From: Fidelibacterota bacterium
GTDB taxonomy: Bacteria; Fidelibacterota; Marinisomatia; Marinisomatales; TCS55
DNA: 33,954 nucleotides
Assembly: GCA_027251445.1 (NCBI GenBank)
Contig: JAPNQO010000082.1
Location: 1-33,954 of the forward strand
Direction: 5' to 3'
Positions 9,859-19,445 of the stretch are shown piece after piece. The notes under the pieces were generated by a model. The model did not search any database and was not told where the DNA came from. It saw nothing but the letters and a program-made list of their open reading frames with translations. Numbering within the stretch: position 1 is the stretch's first letter; every line of letters begins with the position of its first letter. Made by a program: the position numbers and the translations under genes.

Positions 9859-10950
9859 TCAGGGATTATTAGAATCATCTCTTATTAGATAAATAAGAAA
9901 TGATTTAGAAGCAGAACTTGAAACGAGCCCGTATCCATTAACAATATTTGAATTAGGCATCACAAATTGATTGAATTCTGGGAGTCCTTGGAAATAATTG
10001 AAAGTTGCATCATCTGTTGCTTGAAAAGTAATTAGTTGTAATCCGTAATAATCATAAAATAACCACGTCATGCTTACAGGTGAAGTTTCTACATTCCATG
10101 GCCAAGGATTATATCTAAATGGGGTGTTCTTTTTCCATCCTAGATCTGCATTTGATCCCCGAGGGTAAGTTTCTTTCCATAGTTCATACACATCCTTATA
10201 TGTAGTATCATAAATCAAATTAATAAAACAACTATCACGTAAGCCATTTTGATTCCAATCATCAAAATATTCATCGGTGTTCCAAATACCATCATTATTG
10301 GTATCTGTATAAGGTTCAAGATCAACCGAGTCCGCTTCTAATGCAAATGTCATAATACGTACAGTTTGATAGTCTTCTTCATTAAAATTAATCTTAAATA
10401 GAGGGTAGCTTGCAAAACTCTCAGTAAAACATTCTCCCTGTTGGAGCGTTAAAGTATCAATTGCACCAGTTATTGGCGGGAATGACCACGGATCGTAATT
10501 ATTAATATTTACTTCAGGAACATTATAGTTGTTATCTTTGCAGTTATAGATAGATTGCGGCTCTGCACTAATCTCCATTTTTTCAGGAATAGTCGTTACT
10601 CCAGATACGGTATCGTCACCAACAACAGCTTGTACTTTATAGGTTTCACCTCCCTTAAAAATATAATTAGAATTTGTGAAGTATCTTCCTGCAGCTCCTG
10701 GAATAGGATATAAGTATAAATTTACAGTATCTCCAATTATGTGTACTTGTGCATCTTGAATCCATAAATCTTTTGAAGGTATGTTCTCATTCAAACTTGC
10801 AGATTTAGAAACGAAAACAGTATCAATTAGTGGAAAATTGGACCGGAGATTTGCCCATAATACAATTTTTTCTTCATACGTGACTTGATCATCATTAATA
10901 GAACATGAAAATAACATAAAAGCGAAAATTGATAGTATTCTTTTCATCAT
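9859..10950 (-). CDS. DUF4249-like lipoprotein partner of the TonB receptor
   Basis: Lipobox LFSC, DAQVHI, C-terminal SNIVNGYGLV; translationally coupled to the TBDR. Confidence 0.75.
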   Translation of the reverse strand: MMKRILSIFAFMLFSCSINDDQVTYEEKIVLWANLRSNFPLIDTVFVSKSASLNENIPSKDLWIQDAQVHIIGDTVNLYLYPIPGAAGRYFTNSNYIFKGGETYKVQAVVGDDTVSGVTTIPEKMEISAEPQSIYNCKDNNYNVPEVNINNYDPWSFPPITGAIDTLTLQQGECFTESFASYPLFKINFNEEDYQTVRIMTFALEADSVDLEPYTDTNNDGIWNTDEYFDDWNQNGLRDSCFINLIYDTTYKDVYELWKETYPRGSNADLGWKKNTPFRYNPWPWNVETSPVSMTWLFYDYYGLQLITFQATDDATFNYFQGLPEFNQFVMPNSNIVNGYGLVSSSASKSFLIYLIRDDSNNP

Positions 10951-13310
10951 TAAAAATATATAGTAAATCCCAAGCTAGGTATTACTGGGAATAGGCTTAA
11001 AGCTTTTTCCTGAATACGACCTTCATCTTCTTCATCAACATTTGTTTCACCTACGTCTGGGAGGCCATTACCATTAGTATCGTGATCTAATTCGACCCAA
11101 TCTCCATCATCATCTTTTCCGTTATTTACACTTCCTAGGTTATAAATATATGTAAATATGTTTTTTTTGTTATAAGTATTTATAATTTGAAAAAAGAAAT
11201 CTGCATTACGTCCAAAGAATTTTCCATGTCGAACAATTCCAAAATCTAATCGATCATATACTGGATATCTTCCACTATTTCTTGTACCAGGTATAGTACT
11301 AAAAGTGGAGTTAGGATCTCCAGGTAGTTTTTCAACATAGTATCCTAGTATAGGTGTAAAGGCTTGTCCAGTCTGCCATGTCCATTTCCAGTTTAATTCC
11401 CATTTTTTATTAAATGTATAATTACCTAAAATATTTAAAACATGCGACCTATCCCAATTAGTATAATATTCTTCTTTGATTCCATTTAATTGGCTTGTCA
11501 TAATTTTTCTTGCAACAGAATTTGTATACGCGACCCAACCAGTAAGCTTACCAAATGTCTTTTGAACGAAAAGTTCAATTCCGTACGCATATCCATCAGC
11601 AGGTGTAAAAGAATCACTAATTTTATCATCAGAAACGTCTGCATCAGTTGATGAAGTCAGGTTTTCAAATGTCAACATATTTTGTAATTCTTTATAATAA
11701 GCTTCAACCTGAATTTTATAAATGTCATTTATATATTCTTCATAGCCAATAACAGCTTGTTGTGCCTTTGCTGGATCAACTGAATTATCTACGGCCAACC
11801 AATTATCTAATATTGAAGGATTATAATCATCTTGAGCCGTCTGGATAAATTGATGATAATTTCCAACTGCGAAATTAATATACCGATCATCTGTAAGCAG
11901 AAGTTTTAAACCCATTCTAAGATCAATATATGGAGTATTTGAGTATACACTGTAGTAATTATATCTGATACCTGGTTCAAAAATAAAACTTGAAGAAACT
12001 TTCCATTTTAACTTAGTATAAATGCTGGCTTCTATGGGTCGTTCACGTATGTAAAAAGATGTATCTTCTAAAAATGTATTTAAATATTTGAAATCAAGTT
12101 GCTTTATCTGTATTCCAGAACGCAATTCAGATTTTGAAGATTGAAAAAGTGTTAAATTTGATGAAAGGGTTTGATCAATAATTTTATTCGCACTTTTTAA
12201 TCCATCTTCACCACCTAAATTAAAATTGGTAAAAAATTCACTTGATGCAGCAAGAAAATTACCTACTAATTTCTCATTAAATACTCTACGAAAAGACATA
12301 CTGTAAGTGTTATTACCCCAATCTGCAGTTAAACCAAGTGTATTAAAAATTAAATCATCAATTCCTCTATAAATACTTAATGAAATTCTATCTCGTTCAT
12401 TTAAATCAGAAAATAAATGTCCTTGAAGATCATAAAAATAATATGGAGGTATATTTTCTGTTGTTTTTGGAGGTAGAATTTTAGGTAATAAATAATCAAA
12501 GTATGTTCTTCGACCAGATAATAACCATGCTCCATTATAAAATGGCCCTTCGAGTGTAGTTTGCGCAGATAATAATGAAATGCTAGTTTTTCCTTGGAAA
12601 TAATTACGATTGCCTTCTCTACTTAAAACATTTAATACTGCTGATAGTCTTCCTCCATATTCAGCATTATACCCACCTTTAATCAGTTCGGCCTCTTTGA
12701 CTGCATCTACTATAAAATTTGAAAATATTCCACCAAAGTGCGTTGGGTTATAAACCGTAATACCATCCAAAAGAATAAGGTTTTGATCTGTATTTCCGCC
12801 TCGAATTACTAGACCTGTACTGGCCTCATTATTTGTTAAAACTCCAGGTAGCGCTTGAATAGTACGAAAAATATCTGGTTCTGCTAAAGATGGAGCTGAT
12901 TTAATTACTCTTGGGGATAAGTTTACTCTACTGGGTTGAATATTGTTTTTTCGTTGTAGTTTTTCTGCAGATACTTCAACCTCATTAATCTCAAGTGCTT
13001 CTATAATTAATGATAAATCCAATTTAATTGATTCATTTTCAACGATATTAATTTCTTGTTTCAAGGTAGTATAACCTATATATGAAACGATTAATTTATA
13101 ATTACCTGGTAAAATATTTTGTAGAACATAATAACCATTTCTATCTGTTGACATTCCATTACCTGTTTCCTGAATGAAAACATTTGCACCAATTAATGCT
13201 TCTCCATTTTCTTGATCAGTTATGAATCCTGAGATACTATTATTTTGAGCATAAAGCAATCCGCTAATTAGGATAAAGATCAAACTTTTAATCATTTTTG
13301 AAGTTGTCAT
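10950..13310 (-). CDS. TonB-dependent receptor with N-terminal carboxypeptidase-like regulatory domain
   Basis: ISGFITD..GEALIGANV, plug IRGGNTDQNLILLDG, KGGYNAEYGGRLSAVL, C-terminal Phe. Confidence 0.95.
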   Translation of the reverse strand: MTTSKMIKSLIFILISGLLYAQNNSISGFITDQENGEALIGANVFIQETGNGMSTDRNGYYVLQNILPGNYKLIVSYIGYTTLKQEINIVENESIKLDLSLIIEALEINEVEVSAEKLQRKNNIQPSRVNLSPRVIKSAPSLAEPDIFRTIQALPGVLTNNEASTGLVIRGGNTDQNLILLDGITVYNPTHFGGIFSNFIVDAVKEAELIKGGYNAEYGGRLSAVLNVLSREGNRNYFQGKTSISLLSAQTTLEGPFYNGAWLLSGRRTYFDYLLPKILPPKTTENIPPYYFYDLQGHLFSDLNERDRISLSIYRGIDDLIFNTLGLTADWGNNTYSMSFRRVFNEKLVGNFLAASSEFFTNFNLGGEDGLKSANKIIDQTLSSNLTLFQSSKSELRSGIQIKQLDFKYLNTFLEDTSFYIRERPIEASIYTKLKWKVSSSFIFEPGIRYNYYSVYSNTPYIDLRMGLKLLLTDDRYINFAVGNYHQFIQTAQDDYNPSILDNWLAVDNSVDPAKAQQAVIGYEEYINDIYKIQVEAYYKELQNMLTFENLTSSTDADVSDDKISDSFTPADGYAYGIELFVQKTFGKLTGWVAYTNSVARKIMTSQLNGIKEEYYTNWDRSHVLNILGNYTFNKKWELNWKWTWQTGQAFTPILGYYVEKLPGDPNSTFSTIPGTRNSGRYPVYDRLDFGIVRHGKFFGRNADFFFQIINTYNKKNIFTYIYNLGSVNNGKDDDGDWVELDHDTNGNGLPDVGETNVDEEDEGRIQEKALSLFPVIPSLGFTIYF

Positions 13311-13347
13311 AACTAATTGATTTCTTTCTTAATTTTAAAAAATAATG

Positions 13348-14274
13348 CTAATTAGCTGATAAGTAGGATAAACTTTCAACAGAAAACTCTGTTGGTTGAA
13401 TTTTAAATTCATCAAATGTAGAACTTGAATCACAAGTATTTCCTTCCAATAACATTGTTAATTGATCCTTTGTTATTGGAAAGAATGGTAGCCATTCAAG
13501 TAGAGTTGCTGCAAGTTTGATTGGCTCTACAGGGGCAGGTATCTTCCATTTATTTTTCGAGGATGCATTTGAGATGGTATCTATTATTTCTATCCAATTA
13601 TAAGATTGCGGACCACCTAAATTATAAATCTTACCAAATGTATTTTTCATATCTATACTTTGAACGAAAAATTTAGCAACATCTGAGATATGAATAGGAG
13701 ACATTGAAAATTTTCCTGCATTTTTTATATTTATTCCACTGAAAAATAGTGGAGCTGGCAAAGGCAGACTAAGCATATCATCACGTAATTGAGTGCAAAA
13801 TTCAATCTTTCCTTTCGGATTTCCATAAATTAGAGATGGTCGGAAGATTGTCCAATCTAGTGTTGAGTTTTTAAGATATTGATCTGCTAAAAATTTTGTA
13901 GACTGATATTCTGTACCCTCGTATTTGACACCATTAGCGCTCATTAAGATAAAACGTTTGACACCTAATTCAGTAGCTGTATCAATGCAAAGCTTGGCTC
14001 CTTCAAAATGTGTATTTTCAAATGTAATTCCTTTTCTGGGATATTGTCTGATCAGTCCAATATTATAAATAACTGCGTCTGCACCTTTGATTGTATCTTC
14101 AATTATTTCTTTATTGGAAACATCACCAATATTTATTGTGCATTCATTTGAATTAGTTATTTTATTTTCAGAACCTGACCTTACAAGAAGTACAGGTTTA
14201 TGCTTATTGTTTAACAGCTCTTCCGTAAGGTAGCTTCCTACGAATCCAGTTCCGCCAAATAATGCAACTTTCAT
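13348..14274 (-). CDS. atypical SDR, NDUFA9-like NAD(P)-dependent epimerase/dehydratase family
   Basis: GGTGFVG, VKRFILMSANG, YQSTK, WTIFRPSLIYG, PITKDQLTML. Confidence 0.9.
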   Translation of the reverse strand: MKVALFGGTGFVGSYLTEELLNNKHKPVLLVRSGSENKITNSNECTINIGDVSNKEIIEDTIKGADAVIYNIGLIRQYPRKGITFENTHFEGAKLCIDTATELGVKRFILMSANGVKYEGTEYQSTKFLADQYLKNSTLDWTIFRPSLIYGNPKGKIEFCTQLRDDMLSLPLPAPLFFSGINIKNAGKFSMSPIHISDVAKFFVQSIDMKNTFGKIYNLGGPQSYNWIEIIDTISNASSKNKWKIPAPVEPIKLAATLLEWLPFFPITKDQLTMLLEGNTCDSSSTFDEFKIQPTEFSVESLSYLSAN

Positions 14275-14297
14275 AATTATTTCTCCGTTATTGAAAC

Positions 14298-14774
14298 TTA
14301 AGTATATGATTTGAAATCATTATTTTCAAAAAGTTTATCAATTACTTTTTTGCGATGAACAAAAATATTTTCTAAATCTTTTCTTATCCAAAGATAATTA
14401 AGTATTCGCCCTAAAATACCAAAAGGAATTGAGTAAACTACTTTATCTTTTATCTCAACTCCACCTTCAACCTTATGAAAAGTATGTGTATGATGCCACA
14501 TATTATATGGTCCCTTTATTTGTTGATCTATAAACATATTAGGCGGATTATAATCTGTGATCAACGTACGCCAGTGAATAGGAATTCCTAAAAGATATAT
14601 TTGATAATCTATAATACGACCAGGACCCATTTCAATAGGAGTCGGAGTTAAAATCTTAAATCCAAGTTTTGAAGGTGTAATTACAGATAGATTTTCAGGT
14701 TTAGAAAAAAAAGTAAATACTTCATCAATAGATTTTTCTATAAACTGAGTTGAGCTTAAAGTGTATAATTTCAT
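14298..14774 (-). CDS. SRPBCC/START-like ligand-binding protein
   Basis: VFTFFSKPENLSVITP, FIDQQIKGPYNMWHHTHTF, LENIFVHR. Confidence 0.9.
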   Translation of the reverse strand: MKLYTLSSTQFIEKSIDEVFTFFSKPENLSVITPSKLGFKILTPTPIEMGPGRIIDYQIYLLGIPIHWRTLITDYNPPNMFIDQQIKGPYNMWHHTHTFHKVEGGVEIKDKVVYSIPFGILGRILNYLWIRKDLENIFVHRKKVIDKLFENNDFKSYT

Positions 14775-14780
14775 GGCACG

Positions 14781-14810
14781 AACCTAATAATAATAAGAGT
14801 AATAAGTCAA
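14781..14810 (-). promoter_or_regulatory. putative leaderless sigma70 promoter of the SRPBCC gene
   Basis: TTGACT-N18-TAGGTT-N6-ATG on the minus strand; no SD. Confidence 0.5.
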
Positions 14811-14816
14811 TATATA

Positions 14817-14834
14817 ATGAGCGTTATGAGCGAT
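14817..14834. promoter_or_regulatory. direct-repeat operator candidate, copy 1
   Basis: ATGAGCGTT-ATGAGCGAT, identical to 22222-22239; overlaps the photolyase stop codon. Confidence 0.75.
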
Positions 14835-16167
14835 TACTATATAATTTTGTATAGTTATTAATATTAAACTTTCTTTTACATCCGTTATAATTCATATATC
14901 TTATTTTACCAAAAATAGGACGTTCAAACCACGGACGATCATGCACACCTCCAATACTCCATGCTATTCCTGTATATCCATTTGGATCTCTACCATCAAT
15001 AGAATATTTATCATTTAAATCTATTGCTATTTGTAAAGCCTCTTCAGGTTCACTACTCCATTCCAAAATCTTTTTTGCCCAATACATCCTCATGTAACCA
15101 TGCATTTTACCTTTGATTCTCATTTCATTTTGTGCAGCATTCCAAAGATGATCATGTGTAGCAGAATTTTCAAACTCTTCCTTTGAGTATATATATTCTC
15201 TAATATCTTTTCGATGATCATTTAGAGAGCTTTTTGCCCATTCTGGAAACCCATTAAAGTCATCATATTGTTTGTTATAATAACAAAAGTTATCTGATAA
15301 CTCTCTTCTGATAATACATTGTTCTAAAAAACTATCTGTGTTATCCGCTAATTCTAGTTTTAATGCTATATGTTGTGCAGATATTTGACCGTAATGAATG
15401 TAGGGACTTAGATTTGATAATTGTTGGTAATTTGGATCATTTCGTTTTTCATCATATTCCTCCAACTTATTTTTTATAAATAATTCTAACATGTCCTGTG
15501 CAGCAGATTCTCCTGGTTTAATCCAATCCAACTCCTTAATCGTATAATCAATATTTAACCTTTTGTATATAGATGAAAAATTGATTTTTTTGGTTTTATC
15601 TTTTATTTCAAATGGATGTTTTTTCAGCTTGGGATAGTCTACTAAGAATTCTTTTAATTTATTTAATAACTTTGGCCGAAATGTATAGGCTGCGTATTCT
15701 TGTTTATTACTTACCTCCCAAACAGGAACTATATTATGAGCATCAATTTGATAAAAGGGTAGATTGGTTTTTGAAAGAACATTATTTATCCTTCTTTCAT
15801 ATACATTTAATGGTGAAAAATCTGTAAATATCGCGCCAACATTATATTTATTTATTAATTCTGGTATAGATAATTCAGCTCTGCCTTGTAAAATAAATAA
15901 TGGAATATTATGATCTCGTAGTGTTTGTAATGTTTCTTCAAGTCCATCAAAAAGAAATTTATATTGACGAATATTTGCATCTAAAAAATTTCCAATATAT
16001 TGAAAGCATACAATTAATGGCATTTTATGTTTAATTGCATGATCTTGCGCAGCAATGAGTGCCCAATTATCAACTGCTCTTTTATCTCGAATCATCCAAT
16101 ATAAAATAGCCTCTCCTTTAGTTGTACCTTTTCTAAGAACGCGCGTACGTTTTTCAATATGTGACAT
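14824..16167 (-). CDS. phr: class II CPD photolyase
   Basis: YWMIRDKRAVDNWAL, IDAHNIVP, SNLSPYIHYGQIS, GKMHGYMRMYWAKKILEW, DGRDPNGY, ERPIFGKIRYMN. Confidence 0.95.
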   Translation of the reverse strand: MSHIEKRTRVLRKGTTKGEAILYWMIRDKRAVDNWALIAAQDHAIKHKMPLIVCFQYIGNFLDANIRQYKFLFDGLEETLQTLRDHNIPLFILQGRAELSIPELINKYNVGAIFTDFSPLNVYERRINNVLSKTNLPFYQIDAHNIVPVWEVSNKQEYAAYTFRPKLLNKLKEFLVDYPKLKKHPFEIKDKTKKINFSSIYKRLNIDYTIKELDWIKPGESAAQDMLELFIKNKLEEYDEKRNDPNYQQLSNLSPYIHYGQISAQHIALKLELADNTDSFLEQCIIRRELSDNFCYYNKQYDDFNGFPEWAKSSLNDHRKDIREYIYSKEEFENSATHDHLWNAAQNEMRIKGKMHGYMRMYWAKKILEWSSEPEEALQIAIDLNDKYSIDGRDPNGYTGIAWSIGGVHDRPWFERPIFGKIRYMNYNGCKRKFNINNYTKLYSNRS

Positions 16168-16189
16168 AATAAATTATTTAGCTAATACG

Positions 16190-17071
16190 CTAGACTATTG
16201 AGTGGAGTTCTTTATAGCTATTAAATGTTTCAACTCTTTCTTTAGGAAAATTATCAAGATGTTTTAGTCCTTCTCCACCAAAAATGATTAATATTTCAGA
16301 AGTCTGGAGAGTATTGACAATCTCAATTACTTGATTTCCAGTTTTCTTGAGATTATTTAGAGATGTAGCCCTACAACATTGACGGTCGCATAAATAAAAG
16401 ACCAATGTATCAATTTTTTCTTTTTTAATAATAGTATTTAAACTTCCAAGTTCTGCATGCGAACCTGAATTAAATACATTGTAACCACAATGTCTTAAAA
16501 CTACTTCTGACATTGCTATACCTAAGTCAGGAAGATCATCTTCAAAGTTAATACATAATGCAGCTTTACCATTATAGGTCCCATTTGGCTTGTCCTGATT
16601 AAGAGCTTCAATTCCGCGTGTAATTAATTTTCTAGAAATATATTCTTCGATATGAGATATTGATTTACTATTCAACCAGTTTTCAACTATATCAGAAGCA
16701 GGTTCAATTATTTTATCAAAAATATCAGCAACAGGATATCCTGACATGTAAGAACTTCTAATTATGGTATTTACAGAGAGGTCATCTGATAGGATACTAG
16801 TTTCTGCGAGTCTTTGAGTAAGGCTATCAAAATCATTATTTTTTATAAAATTATAAATTTCTTTGTGATCAACAGTATCTAATACTGCACCAAAGTTTTT
16901 CCCTGATTCTTTATTATTTTTATAATATTCACGTACGTGTTGCATAGTGAATTTTCGATGTCCACCAGGAGTTTTTTTACATTTAATTGTTCCATTATCT
17001 GTCCAACGTTTTAATGTGGAAATATTAATACCGAGTATGTTTGCAACTTCTTTTGAGTTTAAGTATTTCAT
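16190..17071 (-). CDS. MerR/excisionase-type HTH regulator with degenerate cobalamin-binding domains (CarH/LitR-like)
   Basis: EVANILG..STLKRW..KTPGGHRKF HTH; cap IIEPASDIVE..ISHIEEY; Rossmann DLPDLG..LRHCGYNV..G. Confidence 0.85.
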   Translation of the reverse strand: MKYLNSKEVANILGINISTLKRWTDNGTIKCKKTPGGHRKFTMQHVREYYKNNKESGKNFGAVLDTVDHKEIYNFIKNNDFDSLTQRLAETSILSDDLSVNTIIRSSYMSGYPVADIFDKIIEPASDIVENWLNSKSISHIEEYISRKLITRGIEALNQDKPNGTYNGKAALCINFEDDLPDLGIAMSEVVLRHCGYNVFNSGSHAELGSLNTIIKKEKIDTLVFYLCDRQCCRATSLNNLKKTGNQVIEIVNTLQTSEILIIFGGEGLKHLDNFPKERVETFNSYKELHSIV

Positions 17072-17077
17072 TACTAA

Positions 17078-17107
17078 AGATTACATTAAATAGTAGCATA
17101 AATGAAA
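17078..17107 (-). promoter_or_regulatory. putative leaderless promoter of the regulator gene
   Basis: TTTCAT-N18-TAATCT-N6-ATG; same geometry as 14781-14810. Confidence 0.45.
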
Positions 17108-17113
17108 CATAAA

Positions 17114-17130
17114 TTGAGCGATATGAGCAT
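17114..17130. promoter_or_regulatory. direct-repeat operator candidate, copy 2
   Basis: TTGAGCGAT-ATGAGCAT; shares the core TGAGCGWTATGAGC and sits the same distance from the ATG as copy 1. Confidence 0.7.
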
Positions 17131-17147
17131 ATTATATATCATTGATA

Positions 17148-18632
17148 TTAACTATAGATATGATTAGTAAATTGTTGTTTGATTTTATTATAATTGATTT
17201 TCTGAATTTTATCTTTCTTATCATACATCTTAACCATCATGTTCATTCGATGATTTTTAATAAAAAACATTCTATGACTATTAATAAATGACCAAAATAA
17301 AGCATCCCATACCTTAGACCAGTTATTTTTCTTATAGTTACTCATTTTAATTATGTAATTACTTCCGCTTATATAGGGTTTAGTACACATTAGTCCTCCA
17401 TCAGCAAATTGACTCATACCATATATATTTGGTACCATAACCCAGTCATAGGCGTCAATATACATTTCCATGAACCATTTATATACTTCGTTTGGTGAGA
17501 TTTCTAATAGGAGCATTATATTACCCAAAACCATTAATCTTTCAATATGATGAGAGTAAGCGTGATTTAAAACTTTTTTAATAGTGTCGTCTACGGGATC
17601 AATTGTTGTTTTACCTTCATAAAAGGACTTAGATAATTTTTTATTAAATTTCCAAAAGTTTTTCGTTCTCTGTTTATTTCCATCCATACAATATATCCCG
17701 CGAACAAATTCTCTCCACCCTATAATTTGTCTAATGAATCCTTCTAGAGAATTAAGTGGAACATTGTTTTCTATAGAAAAATCAAGTGTTTGTGCTAAAA
17801 CATCTTTTGGAGTTATAAGACCAATATTTAGATATGGAGTCAATATGCTATGAAATAAATAGGTTTCATCTTTAGATATAGCATCCTCATACTTCCCAAA
17901 TTTCTCTATCCTGTTTAGTAAGAAATCATTAAGTGCATATGATGCCTGCGACCGGTTAATTGGAAAATTGAATGAAGATAACGAGCCGGGATTATCATTA
18001 AAATTTTTAAAAATAGTATTTTTATAATTATCAAAATTTCTGTTATCATAATCAAATTTTTTTATTGTTGGGATTTCAATATTATTAGGTAGTTTTTTTC
18101 TATTTTCAATATCATAACTCCATTTTCCTCCTTTCGGTTCACCCTTATCCATAAGAATATTAAATCGTTTACGTTGCTTTTTATAAAAGGTTGACATAAA
18201 GTGAGATTTCTTATTACTAAATTCATTATCAACGTCTGTTTGATTTAATAAAAAACCTGGTGAGTCATACCATTGTATTTTTACACTTAACTCTTTACAA
18301 TTATTATTAATTTTATTGAATAAGTAAGAATCAACTACATCACAAATATGGAGCTTTGTGATATTATTCTTCATTATAATTGATTTGTATTCTTTTTTAT
18401 TATATAAAATTTTTATTGAAATATTATATACTGTATATCCTTTATTTTTTAATTCTTTTGCATATTCATTCAAGGATAGGAAATGAAGTAATATTTTTTG
18501 CTTATGAAACTTTAATTTATCTTCTCGTTCATAAAAAAATACAGGGTCTTGTATAAGAAATATTTTTCTTTTTTTTGAAATTGCCGGATGGGGATAAAAT
18601 AACTGATTTGGGAAGATGAACGTAGATTCCAT
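17148..18632 (-). CDS. bacterial cryptochrome/(6-4) photolyase (CryPro/PhrB-CryB clade), Fe-S-less type
   Basis: IFPNQLF, FHKQK, GGKWSYDIENRK, EGFIRQIIGWREF, HHIERLM, YIDAYDWV, FADGG..TKPY.SGSNYI.KMSNY. Confidence 0.92.
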   Translation of the reverse strand: MESTFIFPNQLFYPHPAISKKRKIFLIQDPVFFYEREDKLKFHKQKILLHFLSLNEYAKELKNKGYTVYNISIKILYNKKEYKSIIMKNNITKLHICDVVDSYLFNKINNNCKELSVKIQWYDSPGFLLNQTDVDNEFSNKKSHFMSTFYKKQRKRFNILMDKGEPKGGKWSYDIENRKKLPNNIEIPTIKKFDYDNRNFDNYKNTIFKNFNDNPGSLSSFNFPINRSQASYALNDFLLNRIEKFGKYEDAISKDETYLFHSILTPYLNIGLITPKDVLAQTLDFSIENNVPLNSLEGFIRQIIGWREFVRGIYCMDGNKQRTKNFWKFNKKLSKSFYEGKTTIDPVDDTIKKVLNHAYSHHIERLMVLGNIMLLLEISPNEVYKWFMEMYIDAYDWVMVPNIYGMSQFADGGLMCTKPYISGSNYIIKMSNYKKNNWSKVWDALFWSFINSHRMFFIKNHRMNMMVKMYDKKDKIQKINYNKIKQQFTNHIYS

Positions 18633-18662
18633 ACAATTAGTATTAGTTTTTAATTATTATAA

Positions 18663-18697
18663 ATCCAGAGCAGTATAATATATATACTGCTCTGGAT
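18663..18697 (-). terminator. hairpin downstream of the rhodopsin (terminator or mRNA-stabilising element)
   Basis: Perfect 15-bp inverted repeat ATCCAGAGCAGTATA / TATACTGCTCTGGAT with a 5-nt loop and a weak U-tail. Confidence 0.75.
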
Positions 18698-18707
18698 AAA
18701 AGGATGT

Positions 18708-19427
18708 TTACTTTTCAGATCGGGCAACGGACCAAATTACTAGTCCAAAACCAATTTTATTTATTGCATCACCTATATTATAAACAAGATCACGACCTGA
18801 GTCTGAAATTAGATTATTTAAAAATTGATACCATTGTCCATCTGCAGTACCAATTAAATAGCCAAGTGGATAGATTCCCCATCCAATGATAATAAAGTAT
18901 AATAGAAGTTTATTAGCATTCTCAATTTTACCGCCTGCCTTTTTCGCCGCCTGTCCAACTTCGCCATTGAGTACTTCTAACACTATCATTACATAGGCTG
19001 CTCCACCTATAGCTCCCCATATTCCAGCGCTATGGTTTCCAAATATGGATAATATACCTGCTTCTCCAAAATAACCTGTTAACAGCATTACTACGGACCA
19101 CCAAACTAATTTTTTTAATCCTGCACCAGTCAATAAATAAAATTCAACACACATTAATGGTACAGTTAATATCCAATCTATATAACGAAACTCTGTTGGG
19201 CTTAAACCTGTTTCAAGCCACGCGCTCCGCATGTAATAATAGTGTACTGCAGCTATACCCGTTATTAGACCAGATACGGTTAATGATAATTTCCATTTTT
19301 GTTCAACTGAATCTCTTTCGATAAAGAAAAAAACAGTTGCTGCTAGCATTGCCATGCTGCCAATAAAAAATGTGAATCCGACAAAGTCTCCAGTCCCAAG
19401 ATTAATAGCTAAAATTGGTAAATTCAT
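18708..19427 (-). CDS. proteorhodopsin-clade proton pump (DTE motif, likely green-tuned, fenestrated)
   Basis: H62, RYIDWILTVPLMCVEF (D84, T88, M92, E95), WGAIG (G138), WGIYPLGY, DAINKIGFG (D220, retinal-binding K224); AAAGGA SD. Confidence 0.97.
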   Translation of the reverse strand: MNLPILAINLGTGDFVGFTFFIGSMAMLAATVFFFIERDSVEQKWKLSLTVSGLITGIAAVHYYYMRSAWLETGLSPTEFRYIDWILTVPLMCVEFYLLTGAGLKKLVWWSVVMLLTGYFGEAGILSIFGNHSAGIWGAIGGAAYVMIVLEVLNGEVGQAAKKAGGKIENANKLLLYFIIIGWGIYPLGYLIGTADGQWYQFLNNLISDSGRDLVYNIGDAINKIGFGLVIWSVARSEK

Positions 19428-19445
19428 ATTATTTCCTTTCTTTAA

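Noticed and set aside
18708..19427. Na+/Cl- pump, xenorhodopsin or heliorhodopsin
   Set aside because: The motif is D-T-E with the PR histidine, not NDQ/NTQ, and the sequence is type-1 PR-like.
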